Of a DNA stretch of 64,000 nt, positions 10,595-21,230 are shown one piece after another. A model generated the notes under the pieces. That model did not search any database. It was given only the letters and a program-made list of their open reading frames with translations, and was not told the DNA's origin. The DNA is from Bdellovibrionales bacterium. GTDB lineage: Bacteria; Bdellovibrionota; Bdellovibrionia; Bdellovibrionales; DASUEL01. Position 1 is the first letter of the stretch. Every line of letters begins with the position of its first letter. The stretch covers positions 41,854-105,853 of the forward strand of contig JBFWOZ010000005.1 of the NCBI GenBank assembly GCA_050250255.1, read 5' to 3'. A program made the position numbers and the translations under genes.

Positions 10595-11602
10595 TTACTT
10601 TTGAGTCGATTGTGGCTCGGGTTTAAATTGCTTTAAACGTACAGCAGCACCAGACATAACGCGTTCAAAAGTCGGTCGTTCAATCTGGGCGGTGCTTACA
10701 GAATAATCATCGTAAACTTCACCAAGAGTGATTACGGCTGTCGGTACACCAGGTCGTTGATCGATGCGGTAAGAAAGTGGTGATTCGCAAGGCTGATTAT
10801 TATCTTCCCACTCGTAAATTTGGTTGTGCACGGTCAACACGTCCCCAACTTGAAGACCTGCATTTTTACCTGCGTTGATAATAATGGCGATGTCTTTGTC
10901 TTTGATCACTTGTGATTCCCAAGTCACTTCCGCAAGTTTTGTAGATAGCTTTGCGAGAGCTTTTTCGACCGCCGAACGACCCACTTTTTCTAATGGAGTT
11001 TGGAAGTAAAATTCAGGACCAGCTTGGAATCCCTTAAAGTTGATATTCGCGTTGATTCTCGTCTTTGTTTCGTTGGATGTCGAAGAGGAAATCGCTTTGT
11101 AATACAGAGTGAGAGGGTCATATGCACGAAGAGTTAATCCCATCTGTGCTGTATCCACCTTTACGGTGCCATCCACTGAAATTCCGCCTAGATCACCATC
11201 TGGTGAGTAACCAAATCGCATTCCGAAGGAAGAAAGAAACTCGAAGTGAGTGACATCTCCATTGATATTAAACAATGGGGCATTTCGCACGCAAGTAGGT
11301 GCGTCTTCGTCTGTTGCCTCCATAATATCCATCTCGTTCATTTTCGGTACACGGCCAGCTAAGTAAAAATCAGCATGATTTTGGACAACTTCTTCGAGCT
11401 GCGTACTTACGGGTACAGAAAAGTCCACAACTACGCCACCAGGTGCTTGAAATTTTTGAGATTTCACACCTACTACTCCTACACCCATTTGCAGTTTGCG
11501 AACGGCACCTGCAAGGGGTTGTTCGCAACTTTGGTTTGCCATAAGAGGGAGCGCGAGGGCGACAACACCAACTGCTCTTGTAAATGGATTCAATTTTTTC
11601 AT
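10595..11602 (-). CDS. Lipoprotein, CsgG/FlgT-like (FlgT_C-like C-terminal domain)
   Basis: AGGAG RBS before ATG 11602; signal LALPLMANQSC; INGDVTHFE resembles the CsgG/TolB-N fold; IIINAGKNAGLQVGDVLTV resembles FlgT_C. Confidence 0.6.
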   Translation of the reverse strand: MKKLNPFTRAVGVVALALPLMANQSCEQPLAGAVRKLQMGVGVVGVKSQKFQAPGGVVVDFSVPVSTQLEEVVQNHADFYLAGRVPKMNEMDIMEATDEDAPTCVRNAPLFNINGDVTHFEFLSSFGMRFGYSPDGDLGGISVDGTVKVDTAQMGLTLRAYDPLTLYYKAISSSTSNETKTRINANINFKGFQAGPEFYFQTPLEKVGRSAVEKALAKLSTKLAEVTWESQVIKDKDIAIIINAGKNAGLQVGDVLTVHNQIYEWEDNNQPCESPLSYRIDQRPGVPTAVITLGEVYDDYSVSTAQIERPTFERVMSGAAVRLKQFKPEPQSTQK

Positions 11603-11622
11603 AAAAACTCCTTTAGATTGTC

Positions 11623-13659
11623 TCATTTTTTTGATGCTTTTAAATTTGTCTGGTTTAATTGTTTAATAAATTCTTCCACCACTCCACGACCGGCTTTCGC
11701 AAGTCGCACTTTCGAACCAAGGCCACCAACTTTATAATCATCTTTTGATTCTGCAGCTTCGATTACACCTTCCACACCCGATTGACTGGCAACGAAAACT
11801 TTTTTACCTGCACGCACACAGAGTTCGAGTCCCATTTTATAGGCTTCGCTCTCAATTGCTGGTTGAAAAGGCACAACGACGTACTGGATATCTTCGCGCT
11901 TCGAAGCATATTCTAGAGCCTGATAAAGAGTGGCACTATGAGTATCTCCTCTTGGGCCAAAAACTTTTAAAGGCACGAGAGTGAATGGCACCTTGATTTG
12001 CTTTTCCATCAAGAGAGCCGCGGCCGTTCCCATTCCTAAATCATCCGATGGACGCTTATCCCAGGAAATAAAATCAAAACCACTGTTTTCAAGATGCGAT
12101 TTTAATTTCTCTTCTTTTGGTGACACGCCCGAGGCAATAAGAGCGATTTTAGGTGCCGCACTTAACGCCGCTAATTTTTGCGTAGACAGTTTTTGATCTA
12201 AAGAGTCAAAAGGTTGATCCAAAACTGTTTTGTAACGGATGTAACCATACACCCACAAAATGTTCATCAGCCAACGCTCAATCATACCGGGCTGTTTTCC
12301 TGCACAAAGGTTCGCGATAGGAGCCACGTCTTCTGGCAATGAAATTTGACCAAGATCTTTTGTACCTAAAGAAATGCTTTGAGTCGAAGAGTCCCCAACC
12401 GCCGCAAGAGTTCTAAAAGAAGCTTCTGGTTCTCCCCAAACGTTAACACCTAACACATGGAAACGGAGAGGCTCGCCAACAAAAGGTTTATAAACATTTG
12501 TCGATTCAGGACGAATGAGAGAGGCTTGTGCAAAACTTTTTGTGATTGTATAGACAGAACCTAACCCTGAAATAAGCTGCATCCCTTCGGTAAGGCCCTC
12601 ATCAAAGCCACCCGGAATGATCCACTGAGCTTCATCAAACTTTGCTGTAATGTCTGTTTGCCAAAGCACTGTTGGGAGTTCTTTTTCAAAATTTTCTACA
12701 ATGGTAGGTAGAAGTTGCGCGAGAGATTGTCGTAGCGTTTTACGCTTTTGAATTTCCACTCCCACTAAAATTCCTGAATATTGAGCGCCAATATAGAGAT
12801 CTCGTCCAGAACCTTTGAGCTCAAAACGATACTCCCTTTTGTAGTTCAACTCAGGAGCCTCGACTTCAAACACAATTTCGGATTTCACTTCAAAAGTTTT
12901 TTTACGAAAACCAAATCCGTATCCAAGGATAGAGAATGTTACGCCCTCATCTGCATCAAAACCAAAGTTTGAACGGCCGGGGCCAAAACCTTCGGGCTCC
13001 ATTTGGCCCGAAAAGAAATCCACCACTGAACAAAGTTTTCCACTGCTTTCCTCAGGAATAGCCGAAAGCTGAGGCTTTTTAATGAACTCATTATCCTTTG
13101 CGCCTTCGCGCCCTTCGTTAAAAGGATTGATGCGATCTGGAGCAAATCCGTAAACAGCTCTATTACTTCTCTCGCCAGAAGCATAGAGCAAAGTTTCTAC
13201 ACGAGGTCGGATGAAAAGTTGGGCTTCACGACGTGATACAGCTTGCATCAGCACCGAAGCCTCCTTTTGAGAGAACACACTCATATCTCCTGAGGAGGAA
13301 CTTAAAGGAGAAATTTCTGAACGAGCTTGAGTATCGCGTAGATAAGTGAATTCCATCCCAGGAAGTCGCTCGGCTAACTCTTGAAGAACCTGATCGACAC
13401 GTTCTTCTGCTTGAAAGGTTTGTGTCGAAAAAAGCGAAGCTCCACCAGAGCCAGTTAAAATCAAATAACGATCTGTTAAATAAAGCGTCTCTGAGACTAA
13501 GTGAGAAACCTCGACACCATGACGAAGTCGCTCACCATCCATAAATGTAAGCCAACGGTCTTCTGTAGGCTCCACACGCACACGTACCTTTGGCTTCGCC
13601 TCTTGTGCGAAAGACCAGGTACTGACTAAAATGAGAGCGCTAAAAATAATCGTCTTCAT
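11623..13659 (-). CDS. Secreted protein: CsgG/FlgT-like N-part plus degenerate subtilisin (S8)-like C-terminal domain
   Basis: Signal peptide; IIPGGFDEGLTEGMQL (FlgT_C-like); KIALIASGV, GFDFISWDKRPSDDLGMGTAAA and LVPLKVFG resemble the S8 motifs VAVIDSGV / DDNGHGT with catalytic residues replaced. Confidence 0.65.
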   Translation of the reverse strand: MKTIIFSALILVSTWSFAQEAKPKVRVRVEPTEDRWLTFMDGERLRHGVEVSHLVSETLYLTDRYLILTGSGGASLFSTQTFQAEERVDQVLQELAERLPGMEFTYLRDTQARSEISPLSSSSGDMSVFSQKEASVLMQAVSRREAQLFIRPRVETLLYASGERSNRAVYGFAPDRINPFNEGREGAKDNEFIKKPQLSAIPEESSGKLCSVVDFFSGQMEPEGFGPGRSNFGFDADEGVTFSILGYGFGFRKKTFEVKSEIVFEVEAPELNYKREYRFELKGSGRDLYIGAQYSGILVGVEIQKRKTLRQSLAQLLPTIVENFEKELPTVLWQTDITAKFDEAQWIIPGGFDEGLTEGMQLISGLGSVYTITKSFAQASLIRPESTNVYKPFVGEPLRFHVLGVNVWGEPEASFRTLAAVGDSSTQSISLGTKDLGQISLPEDVAPIANLCAGKQPGMIERWLMNILWVYGYIRYKTVLDQPFDSLDQKLSTQKLAALSAAPKIALIASGVSPKEEKLKSHLENSGFDFISWDKRPSDDLGMGTAAALLMEKQIKVPFTLVPLKVFGPRGDTHSATLYQALEYASKREDIQYVVVPFQPAIESEAYKMGLELCVRAGKKVFVASQSGVEGVIEAAESKDDYKVGGLGSKVRLAKAGRGVVEEFIKQLNQTNLKASKK

Positions 13660-13708
13660 ACTTCTCCAAAAGGACCGTCCAGAGATCTTTGTCTTAAGAC
13701 GTAGATAC

Positions 13709-13735
13709 CAGTCGGAGTGCGGATTTCAGGACTGA
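13709..13735 (-). promoter_or_regulatory. Putative sigma-28 (FliA)-type promoter
   Basis: Minus strand TCAG-N15-TCCGACTG, about 50 bp upstream of the 13659 start; compare TAAA-N15-GCCGATAA. Confidence 0.45.
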
Positions 13736-14116
13736 AGTGGGCAATTTGACCCTCTAAAGTCTCGTCGAAGATAAGCACTCGCCACCAAAGTCCGACAAAA
13801 AATCTGGACCTTCAACGAGAGCATTACGCTGTGTGCTTTGTTTCAAAAGGACCTAGACTAGCCCAATTGTTTAACCCGAACTCCTCCATGAGATTCCATC
13901 AAGTATAGAACTGTTCGATGATCTCTTCACGAAGAGGGCAAATATTGAAAATGCTAGACGAATTCGAAATTAATCTCAGAGCGAGACAAGCCAAGTCTGC
14001 AGAAAATTTAACTATTTTTTAAAACGTAATTTGAAAAAAAATATTCTCACTAGAACATCAACACTCTGAAGAACAATTCCTCTCAACGCGATTTCAATCA
14101 GTTTAATGTTGAATCC

Positions 14117-14974
14117 TTACGGCGTTTGCAGAAAACGTGCAACCTCACGATTGTCACGATCACAATGTTTGCCCGTACGGCGCACCCAAGTCATAGAGGG
14201 CACGCGAGCCTCTTGAGCAAGACGCGCAAAGCTTTCGCTCCCTTCAAAAAAGCCAAATTCATCGGTGTCGCCACAGGTAATATAAAGAGGAGGAGTTTGG
14301 GCTCCTAACTTCGTCTTCGCTAGTAACAAAGGGTTGGACTGATCCCAATCCTCTTTATCCTTGTGAAAAATTCTCTGCATAAACATACCCCACCAAATAT
14401 TCGATTTTTTTGCGCCACTTCTCGTGAGGAATTCTTGCACTTCCTCTTTTTTAGCAAATGGTGAGAGAGGCAAAATCGCTGGACATGCTAGCACTACTTT
14501 GTCGAAAAGCTCTGGCTTCTTCATCACAAGTTGAGTCGCGTTGAAACCACCCATAGACATTGAGAGAATTAATCTTCGCCCAGTCACTCCACCCATTTTC
14601 GTTTCTAAAAATGGCATTATGCCGTCTATAAAATAGTCGAAGAGACTACTCGTAGATTTTTTATTTTTCTCAGCCAAAATCCAAATGGGGCCAAAATTGA
14701 TCGACACCACTCGGGGCATTGGAATCCCCATAGCTCTCCACTCGGCGCGAAACTCTTTCCACTTTTTCAAGTATTCTTTTTCGTTCCCACCGGCGCCGTG
14801 AAAATAATAAATCACATCAGGATTGTTACTGGTGATTTGGGAGTGAATACAATAAGCAAACTTCTTATTAAGACTAAACCATTCACACGTTGAATGAATA
14901 TCTGAATCTTCACCAGCAAAAACAAATGAATTTAAGAAGAATATGGCAAGAAAAAGTCCCCATTTCACACGCAC
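14117..14974 (-). CDS. Secreted alpha/beta-hydrolase (putative esterase)
   Basis: Signal peptide; YYFHGAGG oxyanion motif; SMSMGG nucleophile elbow; CGDTD and terminal His (GKHC). Confidence 0.85.
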   Translation of the reverse strand: MRVKWGLFLAIFFLNSFVFAGEDSDIHSTCEWFSLNKKFAYCIHSQITSNNPDVIYYFHGAGGNEKEYLKKWKEFRAEWRAMGIPMPRVVSINFGPIWILAEKNKKSTSSLFDYFIDGIMPFLETKMGGVTGRRLILSMSMGGFNATQLVMKKPELFDKVVLACPAILPLSPFAKKEEVQEFLTRSGAKKSNIWWGMFMQRIFHKDKEDWDQSNPLLLAKTKLGAQTPPLYITCGDTDEFGFFEGSESFARLAQEARVPSMTWVRRTGKHCDRDNREVARFLQTP

Positions 14975-15042
14975 CTCATATCTCTATTTTAAAAAGAGGT
15001 GAGGTGCATCACAAGGACAGTTTTGAGAAAGCCGACTCGGCT

Positions 15043-17634
15043 TTAATCTACATCCTCTATATGGATTTCATTGTTTTTGATGACGAAATGGACTTTATCC
15101 CCAGCAATGGTTTCGTGAGAAATCACCTTCTTTGCGAGATGGTTCAGTATGTGTGTTTGAATCGCTCGCTTGAGGGGACGGGCTCCATAAACAGGATCAA
15201 AGCCCACGTTCGCGAGGTAGTTATATACTTCCTCATCAAAGAAGAGGTGAATATTTTTTTCTGCCAACCGTTCAGTGGCCTTTTGTACCTGAATCTTCAC
15301 GATGTCTTTAATAATCTCTTTTTCTAGAGGGTGGAAAATCACGGTCTCATCAATACGGTTGAGAAACTCTGGCCGGAAATGAGTTTTCACGGCCTCAAGC
15401 ACAGCACTTTCTTTTTGCTTCGCTGTAAGCGCTTCGTTTACGAGACTTTGTGATCCGAGATTAGAAGTCATAATCAAAACGGTGTTTCGGAAATCAACCG
15501 TGCGCCCCTGCCCGTCTGTCAAACGGCCATCATCTAAAACCTGCAAGAGAACATTGAATACGTCGGGATGTGCTTTTTCAATTTCATCAAAAAGAACAAC
15601 GGCGTAAGGGCGGCGGCGTACCACTTCTGTGAGCTGCCCACCTTCATCGTAACCTACGTATCCCGGAGGTGCACCGATCAAACGAGAAACCGAGTGTTTC
15701 TCCATATATTCGCTCATATCAATTCGCACGAGAGCTTGTTCGGTATCAAAAAGGAATTCTGCTAAACCTTTTGCCGTCTCAGTTTTCCCTACACCCGTAG
15801 GTCCTAAAAATAAAAAGCTACCAATAGGCCGGTTCGGGTCTGATATTTCCGCGCGTGATCTGCGAACGGCATCGGCTACCAAGCGAAGAGCGTGGTCTTG
15901 ACCTACAACTCTTTTGCTCAAAGCTTTTTCCATTTCTAAAAGTTTTTGAGCTTCGGCTTCTAACATTTTACTGACAGGGATACCCGTCCATTTCGAAACC
16001 ACTTCCGCGATTTCTTCAGGCCCTACTTCTTCTTTCAACATCGATTTTTTGTCGGCACCCTGACGTACCACTAAGCGCTGGTTTGATTCGGCTAATTTTT
16101 TTTCTAAAGCGGGGAGCTTTCCGTACTTGAGCTCTGCAGCTTTTTCCAGCTCACCGTGACGCTCGGCTTTTTCAATTTCTCCACGTAAAGTTTCAATTTG
16201 TTGTTTATATTCTTTTAAGCCAACAATATCTGCTCGTTCAGCTTCCCACTGAGCGCGCAACTGATGCGCTTCTTCTTGAAGGTCGGCAATTCGCTGTTCA
16301 AGGTGCGTCAGTTTGTCTTTAGAGCCGTGGTCACTTTCGCGCTTCAAGGCTTCCCGCTCAATTTGCAAATGAATGAGCTTGCGTTCAATTTCATCAATTG
16401 CAACCGGAATGCTCCCAATCTCGATACGGAGTTTGCTGGCGGCTTCATCCACAAGATCAATCGCTTTGTCTGGTAAAAAACGCGAAGTGATGTAGCGATT
16501 CGATAAAGCGGCCGCCGATACAAGAGCTGAATCGGTAATTCGAACGCCATGATGAACTTCATATTTTTCTTTAAGCCCGCGCAGAATGGTAACGGTATCT
16601 TCCACACTTGGTTCTTTGACAATCACGGGCTGGAACCGACGCTCCAGTGCCGCATCTTTTTCGATATATTTTCTATATTCATCTAAAGTCGTCGCGCCGA
16701 TACAACGCAAGTCGCCACGTGCAAGCGCTGGTTTTAAGAGCTGGCCCGCATCCATAGCTCCATCGGCTTTACCGGCTCCCACAAGCGTGTGAAGCTCATC
16801 GATAAAGAGAATCATCTCCCCTTCACTGGAGGTCACTTCTTTAATAACCGCCTTTAAACGATCTTCAAATTCTCCGCGATATTTTGCGCCTGCGATCAAG
16901 GCACCCATATCAAGAGACAAAAGTTTTTTATTTAAAAGAGTGTCAGGTACATCGTTTTTTATAATTCTTAAAGCCAGGCCCTCCGCAATGGCCGTTTTTC
17001 CCACACCAGGTTCACCAATTAAGACAGGATTGTTTTTTGTTCTTCGTGACAAGACCTGTACGACACGACGAATTTCTTCATCGCGACCAATCACGGGATC
17101 TAATTTATTGTTAGCCGCAAGCTCAGTTAAGTCGCGCGCATATTTTTTGAGGACTTCATATTTAGCTTCAGGGTGATCGTCAGTGACCTTTTGATTACCT
17201 CGCATCGTCTTGAGGACAGGTTCTACTTTTTCCCGCGAGAGCCCTACTTCCTGCAACATTTTTTTACCATCAGCAGTAGGGGCATGAAGAAAAGCTAAGA
17301 GAATATGTTCAGTGGAAATGTAGGAATCCCCCATCAGCTTGGCTTCTTCCTCCGCCCGGCGCAAAATTTTAGCGGCTTGTGAACTTAAACCCACTTTCGA
17401 AGACTCACCCGAAGCTCGAGGGAGGCGATCTAGTTGTTTCTGGAGGGTTTGTTTTAATGTTGAAAGCTGCCCACCCGATCTTTCAATCAAGCTCGGCACA
17501 ATGCCCTCAGACTGCTCTAATAAAGCGAGGAAAAGATGCTCCGGTTCAACCACAGGATTCTGCAAAGATTCCGCAGTTTGCACAGCCGTATTGATGACTT
17601 CTTGGCTCTTTTGCGTCAACTTGTCTAGATTCAT
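15043..17634 (-). CDS. clpB: ATP-dependent chaperone ClpB
   Basis: Two AAA+ domains ([16 protein letters not shown]), GAKYRGEFE pore loop, coiled-coil M domain, GAPPGYVGY; 863 aa. Confidence 0.98.
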   Translation of the reverse strand: MNLDKLTQKSQEVINTAVQTAESLQNPVVEPEHLFLALLEQSEGIVPSLIERSGGQLSTLKQTLQKQLDRLPRASGESSKVGLSSQAAKILRRAEEEAKLMGDSYISTEHILLAFLHAPTADGKKMLQEVGLSREKVEPVLKTMRGNQKVTDDHPEAKYEVLKKYARDLTELAANNKLDPVIGRDEEIRRVVQVLSRRTKNNPVLIGEPGVGKTAIAEGLALRIIKNDVPDTLLNKKLLSLDMGALIAGAKYRGEFEDRLKAVIKEVTSSEGEMILFIDELHTLVGAGKADGAMDAGQLLKPALARGDLRCIGATTLDEYRKYIEKDAALERRFQPVIVKEPSVEDTVTILRGLKEKYEVHHGVRITDSALVSAAALSNRYITSRFLPDKAIDLVDEAASKLRIEIGSIPVAIDEIERKLIHLQIEREALKRESDHGSKDKLTHLEQRIADLQEEAHQLRAQWEAERADIVGLKEYKQQIETLRGEIEKAERHGELEKAAELKYGKLPALEKKLAESNQRLVVRQGADKKSMLKEEVGPEEIAEVVSKWTGIPVSKMLEAEAQKLLEMEKALSKRVVGQDHALRLVADAVRRSRAEISDPNRPIGSFLFLGPTGVGKTETAKGLAEFLFDTEQALVRIDMSEYMEKHSVSRLIGAPPGYVGYDEGGQLTEVVRRRPYAVVLFDEIEKAHPDVFNVLLQVLDDGRLTDGQGRTVDFRNTVLIMTSNLGSQSLVNEALTAKQKESAVLEAVKTHFRPEFLNRIDETVIFHPLEKEIIKDIVKIQVQKATERLAEKNIHLFFDEEVYNYLANVGFDPVYGARPLKRAIQTHILNHLAKKVISHETIAGDKVHFVIKNNEIHIEDVD

Positions 17635-17712
17635 GACAGCCTCTTACTCCAAATGCTTTGAGTTCTTTCGTCAATGACCATAATTCATGTGGTCAAATAC
17701 TAGTTGAATTTA

Positions 17713-17739
17713 AGATGGGTTCTCATTAATAAAAGTCAA
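17713..17739 (-). promoter_or_regulatory. Putative sigma-32 (RpoH)-type promoter of clpB
   Basis: Minus strand TTGAC-N14-ACCCATCT, close to CTTGAA-N13/14-CCCCATNT, about 80 bp upstream of a heat-shock gene. Confidence 0.55.
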
Positions 17740-17954
17740 TGGCCAAACAGGGTATATATCTTGATCCTATTCATCCCACTGATTTTCTTAAATTAAACAT
17801 CACTTTTTATTGTGAACAGTGCTCTCACTACGATCCCGTAAACGATAAATGTACAATGGGATATAATCCCCAAAATCACAAAAAAGAAGTACAGATGAAA
17901 ACTTATGAAATCAGCGGTCGCGTCGCTTTTTGCCGGCATATGGAAATTGATTAA
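17739..17954 (+). CDS. Small Cys-rich (probable metal-binding) protein, 71 aa
   Basis: CEQCSHY...C...FC pattern; 2 bp from the next gene, so probably co-transcribed. Confidence 0.7.
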   Translation: MAKQGIYLDPIHPTDFLKLNITFYCEQCSHYDPVNDKCTMGYNPQNHKKEVQMKTYEISGRVAFCRHMEID

Positions 17955-17956
17955 AA

Positions 17957-18868
17957 ATGTTGGAGTGGGTTCTTCCTTTTTCTTTGTTGATTTTTCTTCT
18001 TCTTGTTGTGGGTTTTTATACGCAAAAGAAAACATTAGCACCAAGCTCCTCAACACCCCAACAGCCTACCGACACTACAAGTTTTTTAGAAATTAAAGAT
18101 TTTAAAGTTTTCTATCAGCAAGCAGGAAGTGGCCCAGATGTTCTCCTTCTTCATGGAATTGGTGCCTCCTCCTATACGTGGAGACTCCTGCTCCCGCTCT
18201 TAAGCCGTCACTACCGTGTGACCGCCGTAGATTTGCCAGGCTTTGGTAAATCCACAAAGAATGTGTCGGTCTCTTATGGTTTAGACGCTCAAGTCGAACG
18301 GTTGATTGAAATCATGGATCGCTTAAGGATCTCTCAAGCTCACCTTGTTGGAAGCTCTATGGGCGGAGCCATTGCTCTCTGGCTCGCGAGAAAGTATCCT
18401 GAGCGCGTCCTTCATCTTGCCCTGATTTCGCCTGCCGCCTCTCAGGGACTTGTGCATTATGATTTTTTTAAGCACGCTCGCATCGGGACCTGGGTCACAC
18501 CTTTCGTCGGCCCTCGAATTGGTCGGCGTATTCTCAATTACGTTTACCATGACCGAAATCTCATTACCGCCGAGACTGTCGAAAAGTATATGGAACCATA
18601 TATGACAGATCCCGCGAGTGTTGTGACTTTCATCAAGGCGGTCGAAGCGCTTCGTGACGCAAGACTCCCCATCGATCTTTCACAAATTCAATGCAAAGTG
18701 GCCCTGTTGTATGGAGAACAAGATCTTGTGATTCGAAAAAAACACATGGAAAAAGTTCGCTCCTCTTTTGTAGCAGCTCCACAATATTTTTCGCACCCAA
18801 CCCTTGGACATCACCCCATGGAAGAAGATCCACAGTGGGTTTTTGAGTGTCTGCGCACATTTTTTTAG
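17957..18868 (+). CDS. Membrane-anchored alpha/beta-fold hydrolase
   Basis: N-terminal TM; LLLHGIG, VDLPGFGKS, GSSMGG, YGEQD, GHHPMEE motifs. Confidence 0.92.
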   Translation: MLEWVLPFSLLIFLLLVVGFYTQKKTLAPSSSTPQQPTDTTSFLEIKDFKVFYQQAGSGPDVLLLHGIGASSYTWRLLLPLLSRHYRVTAVDLPGFGKSTKNVSVSYGLDAQVERLIEIMDRLRISQAHLVGSSMGGAIALWLARKYPERVLHLALISPAASQGLVHYDFFKHARIGTWVTPFVGPRIGRRILNYVYHDRNLITAETVEKYMEPYMTDPASVVTFIKAVEALRDARLPIDLSQIQCKVALLYGEQDLVIRKKHMEKVRSSFVAAPQYFSHPTLGHHPMEEDPQWVFECLRTFF

Positions 18869-19042
18869 TCTTTTCTCTCCCAGTCCCTTGGCGAGTTCGT
18901 CAAAAAAAATGAATGATCGTCCAGTTTCTCTCCTCGTTCATCGTCGAGGAAAACAGGGTTTTTCGTCGAGAAATAATCACTAAGGTCTGACAGACTCGAC
19001 GAGGCCTTCGACTAAATCGTACAGACCTGGGCCTTTATACCG

Positions 19043-19069
19043 TCAAGAATCCAACTCTCGTCCCGAGAA
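19043..19069 (+). promoter_or_regulatory. Putative sigma-28 promoter of flagellin
   Basis: TCAA-N15-CCCGAGAA upstream of fliC. Confidence 0.55.
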
Positions 19070-19150
19070 GTTTGTTGTAGGTTGAATTGCTCGAGACAAG
19101 TTTTCTCTCAAGCACTTCACAAAAGAAAAATCTCATCGTTGAAAGGAGGA

Positions 19151-19320
19151 TCATCAAGGATGACGAGAACAAAGTAGTAGAACGTTGACTGAATGTTTAC
19201 CGCAAGAATGCGGATGTACTCAAACTAAGGCTAGGATGCCGACCCAATAAAGGGTTTTTTCAAGGAAGGGACTTTTATATGAAATTAACTAACTAATTTA
19301 ACGTTTTTTAAAACGGAGGA
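19151..19320 (+). promoter_or_regulatory. Long flagellin 5' leader with several GGA hairpins (candidate CsrA sites)
   Basis: TCATC-AAG-GATGA (19151-63), GGC-TAGGAT-GCC (19229-40), CAAGGAAG (19261), ACGGAGGA at the RBS. Confidence 0.55.
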
Positions 19321-19324
19321 TAAA

Positions 19325-20158
19325 ATGGGAATGCGAGTAACAACAAACGTAAGTGCGATCAATGCACAACGTAATTTGGTGAATAGCCAAAATCAAATCC
19401 AGAACTCTTTCGCTCAATTGTCGAGCGGAAGTCGTATCAATAAGTCTGCAGATGATGCTGCAGGTTTAGCAATCTCTGATGGCCTACAAGCTCAAATCAG
19501 ATCAGCTAGACAAGCTAACAGAAACGCTAACGACGGTATCTCTATGATTCAAGTCGCAGAGGGCGGTCTTTCTGAAATCAGCAACATCGTTACACGATTA
19601 AGAGAACTTGGTATCCAAGCTTCTTCTGATACAGTGGGCGATCGTGAACGTTCTTTCATCGATAAAGAGGTTCAAGCGTTGAAGTCAGAAGTTCAGCGTA
19701 TCGCAAGCGTAACAACATGGGGCACAACAAAGCTTTTGGATGGAACTACTCCAAACTTTGATTTCCAAGTTGGTATCTTTAACAACGATTTCGAAGATAG
19801 AATCACATTTGCTGCTAGCGAAAACGTTGCTACAGTTGACTCTCTAGGTATCTCAGGACTCGATTACAACAATAAAGAGGGCGCTCAAATGGCACTTCAA
19901 TCTCTTGATGAATCGATCCTAAAAGTGAACCAGATGCGCTCTAACTTCGGTGCTTTACAAAACCGATTGCAGTCTACATCTGCTAACTTAGGAGTTGCTG
20001 AAGAGAATTTATCAGCTGCTAACAGCCGTATCCGTGATACAGACGTAGCTCGCGCTTCTTCTGAACTCACTCGTAACAACATCTTGTTACAAGCTGGTAC
20101 TGCAACTCTTGCTCAAGCCAACCAAGTTCCAAGCCTAGCTTTGAAATTGATTGGTTAA
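19325..20158 (+). CDS. fliC: Flagellin (short, 277 aa)
   Basis: LSSGSRINKSADDAAGLAIS, NANDGISMIQVAEGGL, RSNFGALQNRL, SRIRDTDVA motifs. Confidence 0.98.
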   Translation: MGMRVTTNVSAINAQRNLVNSQNQIQNSFAQLSSGSRINKSADDAAGLAISDGLQAQIRSARQANRNANDGISMIQVAEGGLSEISNIVTRLRELGIQASSDTVGDRERSFIDKEVQALKSEVQRIASVTTWGTTKLLDGTTPNFDFQVGIFNNDFEDRITFAASENVATVDSLGISGLDYNNKEGAQMALQSLDESILKVNQMRSNFGALQNRLQSTSANLGVAEENLSAANSRIRDTDVARASSELTRNNILLQAGTATLAQANQVPSLALKLIG

Positions 20159-20179
20159 TTAATAAATAGTCAAAGATTG

Positions 20180-20210
20180 TGGCGTAAGTGGAAACACTTA
20201 CGCCATTTTT
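20180..20210 (+). terminator. Intrinsic terminator of fliC
   Basis: TGGCGTAAGTG-GAAA-CACTTACGCCA followed by TTTTT. Confidence 0.9.
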
Positions 20211-20265
20211 GTCCCGTCCTTCCGTTTTACTCGAATACCTCCAGTTGATCGGAGGTATTCACTTC
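20207..20265. repeat. 59-bp direct repeat R1, copy a (contains hairpin GAATACCTCC...GGAGGTATTC)
   Basis: 56/59 identical to 21231-21289. Confidence 0.93.
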
Positions 20266-20519
20266 TTGAGATATGAGCTGCTCAAACTCGCAACAATTTT
20301 TTCGTCAAAAACTTCGACAGCCCCAACCGTGCCCCTTCCAGTCACCTAAAAATACTTAAAATTGAGGTCTGCGGCACTCCTTTACCCTCAGTGCCTATAA
20401 AATCATTAGAGATCTGTGGAATACTTCTTGTAGTTAGAATCACCATATCAGTTCGATATTGCCTGGAAATAGTTTCCAACAAATTTTCGAACGGAATCGG
20501 ATCAACCACGGGATCACTT

Positions 20520-21194
20520 ATGCAAACTATTGGGCTAAAAATAATGAGTATTATAGCGATGATTTTACTTCTTGAAGATTCTGGGTGGGCTCAGTATACA
20601 CCGCAGACCTACGCTACCGCGGCCCACACCCGAGGACGATTAATCACCGCATCCGCACATGACCACCAAATTCTTTTACTGGAACATAGTACCGCAGAAC
20701 TCTCTAAGTTTAAGCAGTATGCTTTTTTTGGAATACGAGATATCGAGAACGGTCTGCGAAGACAAGTCTTCGGCTTTAGAAAAGTAGGCGCTAATCTAGT
20801 TGAATCTGAATTGATGACAGAGCTCACTCGCGCATCTCCTCATGAATCTAGTTTTGATGGCTACTTTTTTTCTGAAGGCGGAAAAAAAGGTGAACCCGTT
20901 CTTATGAAGTCTCTGGGAGACCCTGACTTTAGCGGAAGCTATTCCATCTTTTTCTCCAATCGCAAAATCGCACGCAACGAAACCGGAGATGCTCGTCGGT
21001 ACGAATCTCTAGATCTTCTCCTTGCAGAAGGACGTGACGGCAGACACCATCCTATCTACTTGGATCCCAAATCACTTACACCTATCAATTCAGACTCAAA
21101 CATTGAAAAACAGAGCTTTTACTCATGGCTGAGAAGGCAAAAACTCTCAGGACCTAAAGCCACTAAAGGTAAATGTGCTATTCTTCATTACTGA
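20520..21194 (+). CDS. Secreted hypothetical protein
   Basis: Long ORF; likely start MQTIGLKIMSIIAMILLL (signal-like); ends ...KGKCAILHY; lies between the two R1 copies. Confidence 0.65.
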   Translation: MQTIGLKIMSIIAMILLLEDSGWAQYTPQTYATAAHTRGRLITASAHDHQILLLEHSTAELSKFKQYAFFGIRDIENGLRRQVFGFRKVGANLVESELMTELTRASPHESSFDGYFFSEGGKKGEPVLMKSLGDPDFSGSYSIFFSNRKIARNETGDARRYESLDLLLAEGRDGRHHPIYLDPKSLTPINSDSNIEKQSFYSWLRRQKLSGPKATKGKCAILHY

Positions 21195-21230
21195 CTCAGC
21201 TAAAAAATGTTTTGCGTAACAACAAACGTA

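Noticed and set aside
13660..14116. Long intergenic region as a riboswitch or ncRNA
   Set aside because: No recognisable c-di-GMP, FMN or other aptamer consensus and no strong terminator-bounded structure by eye; an Rfam search would be needed.
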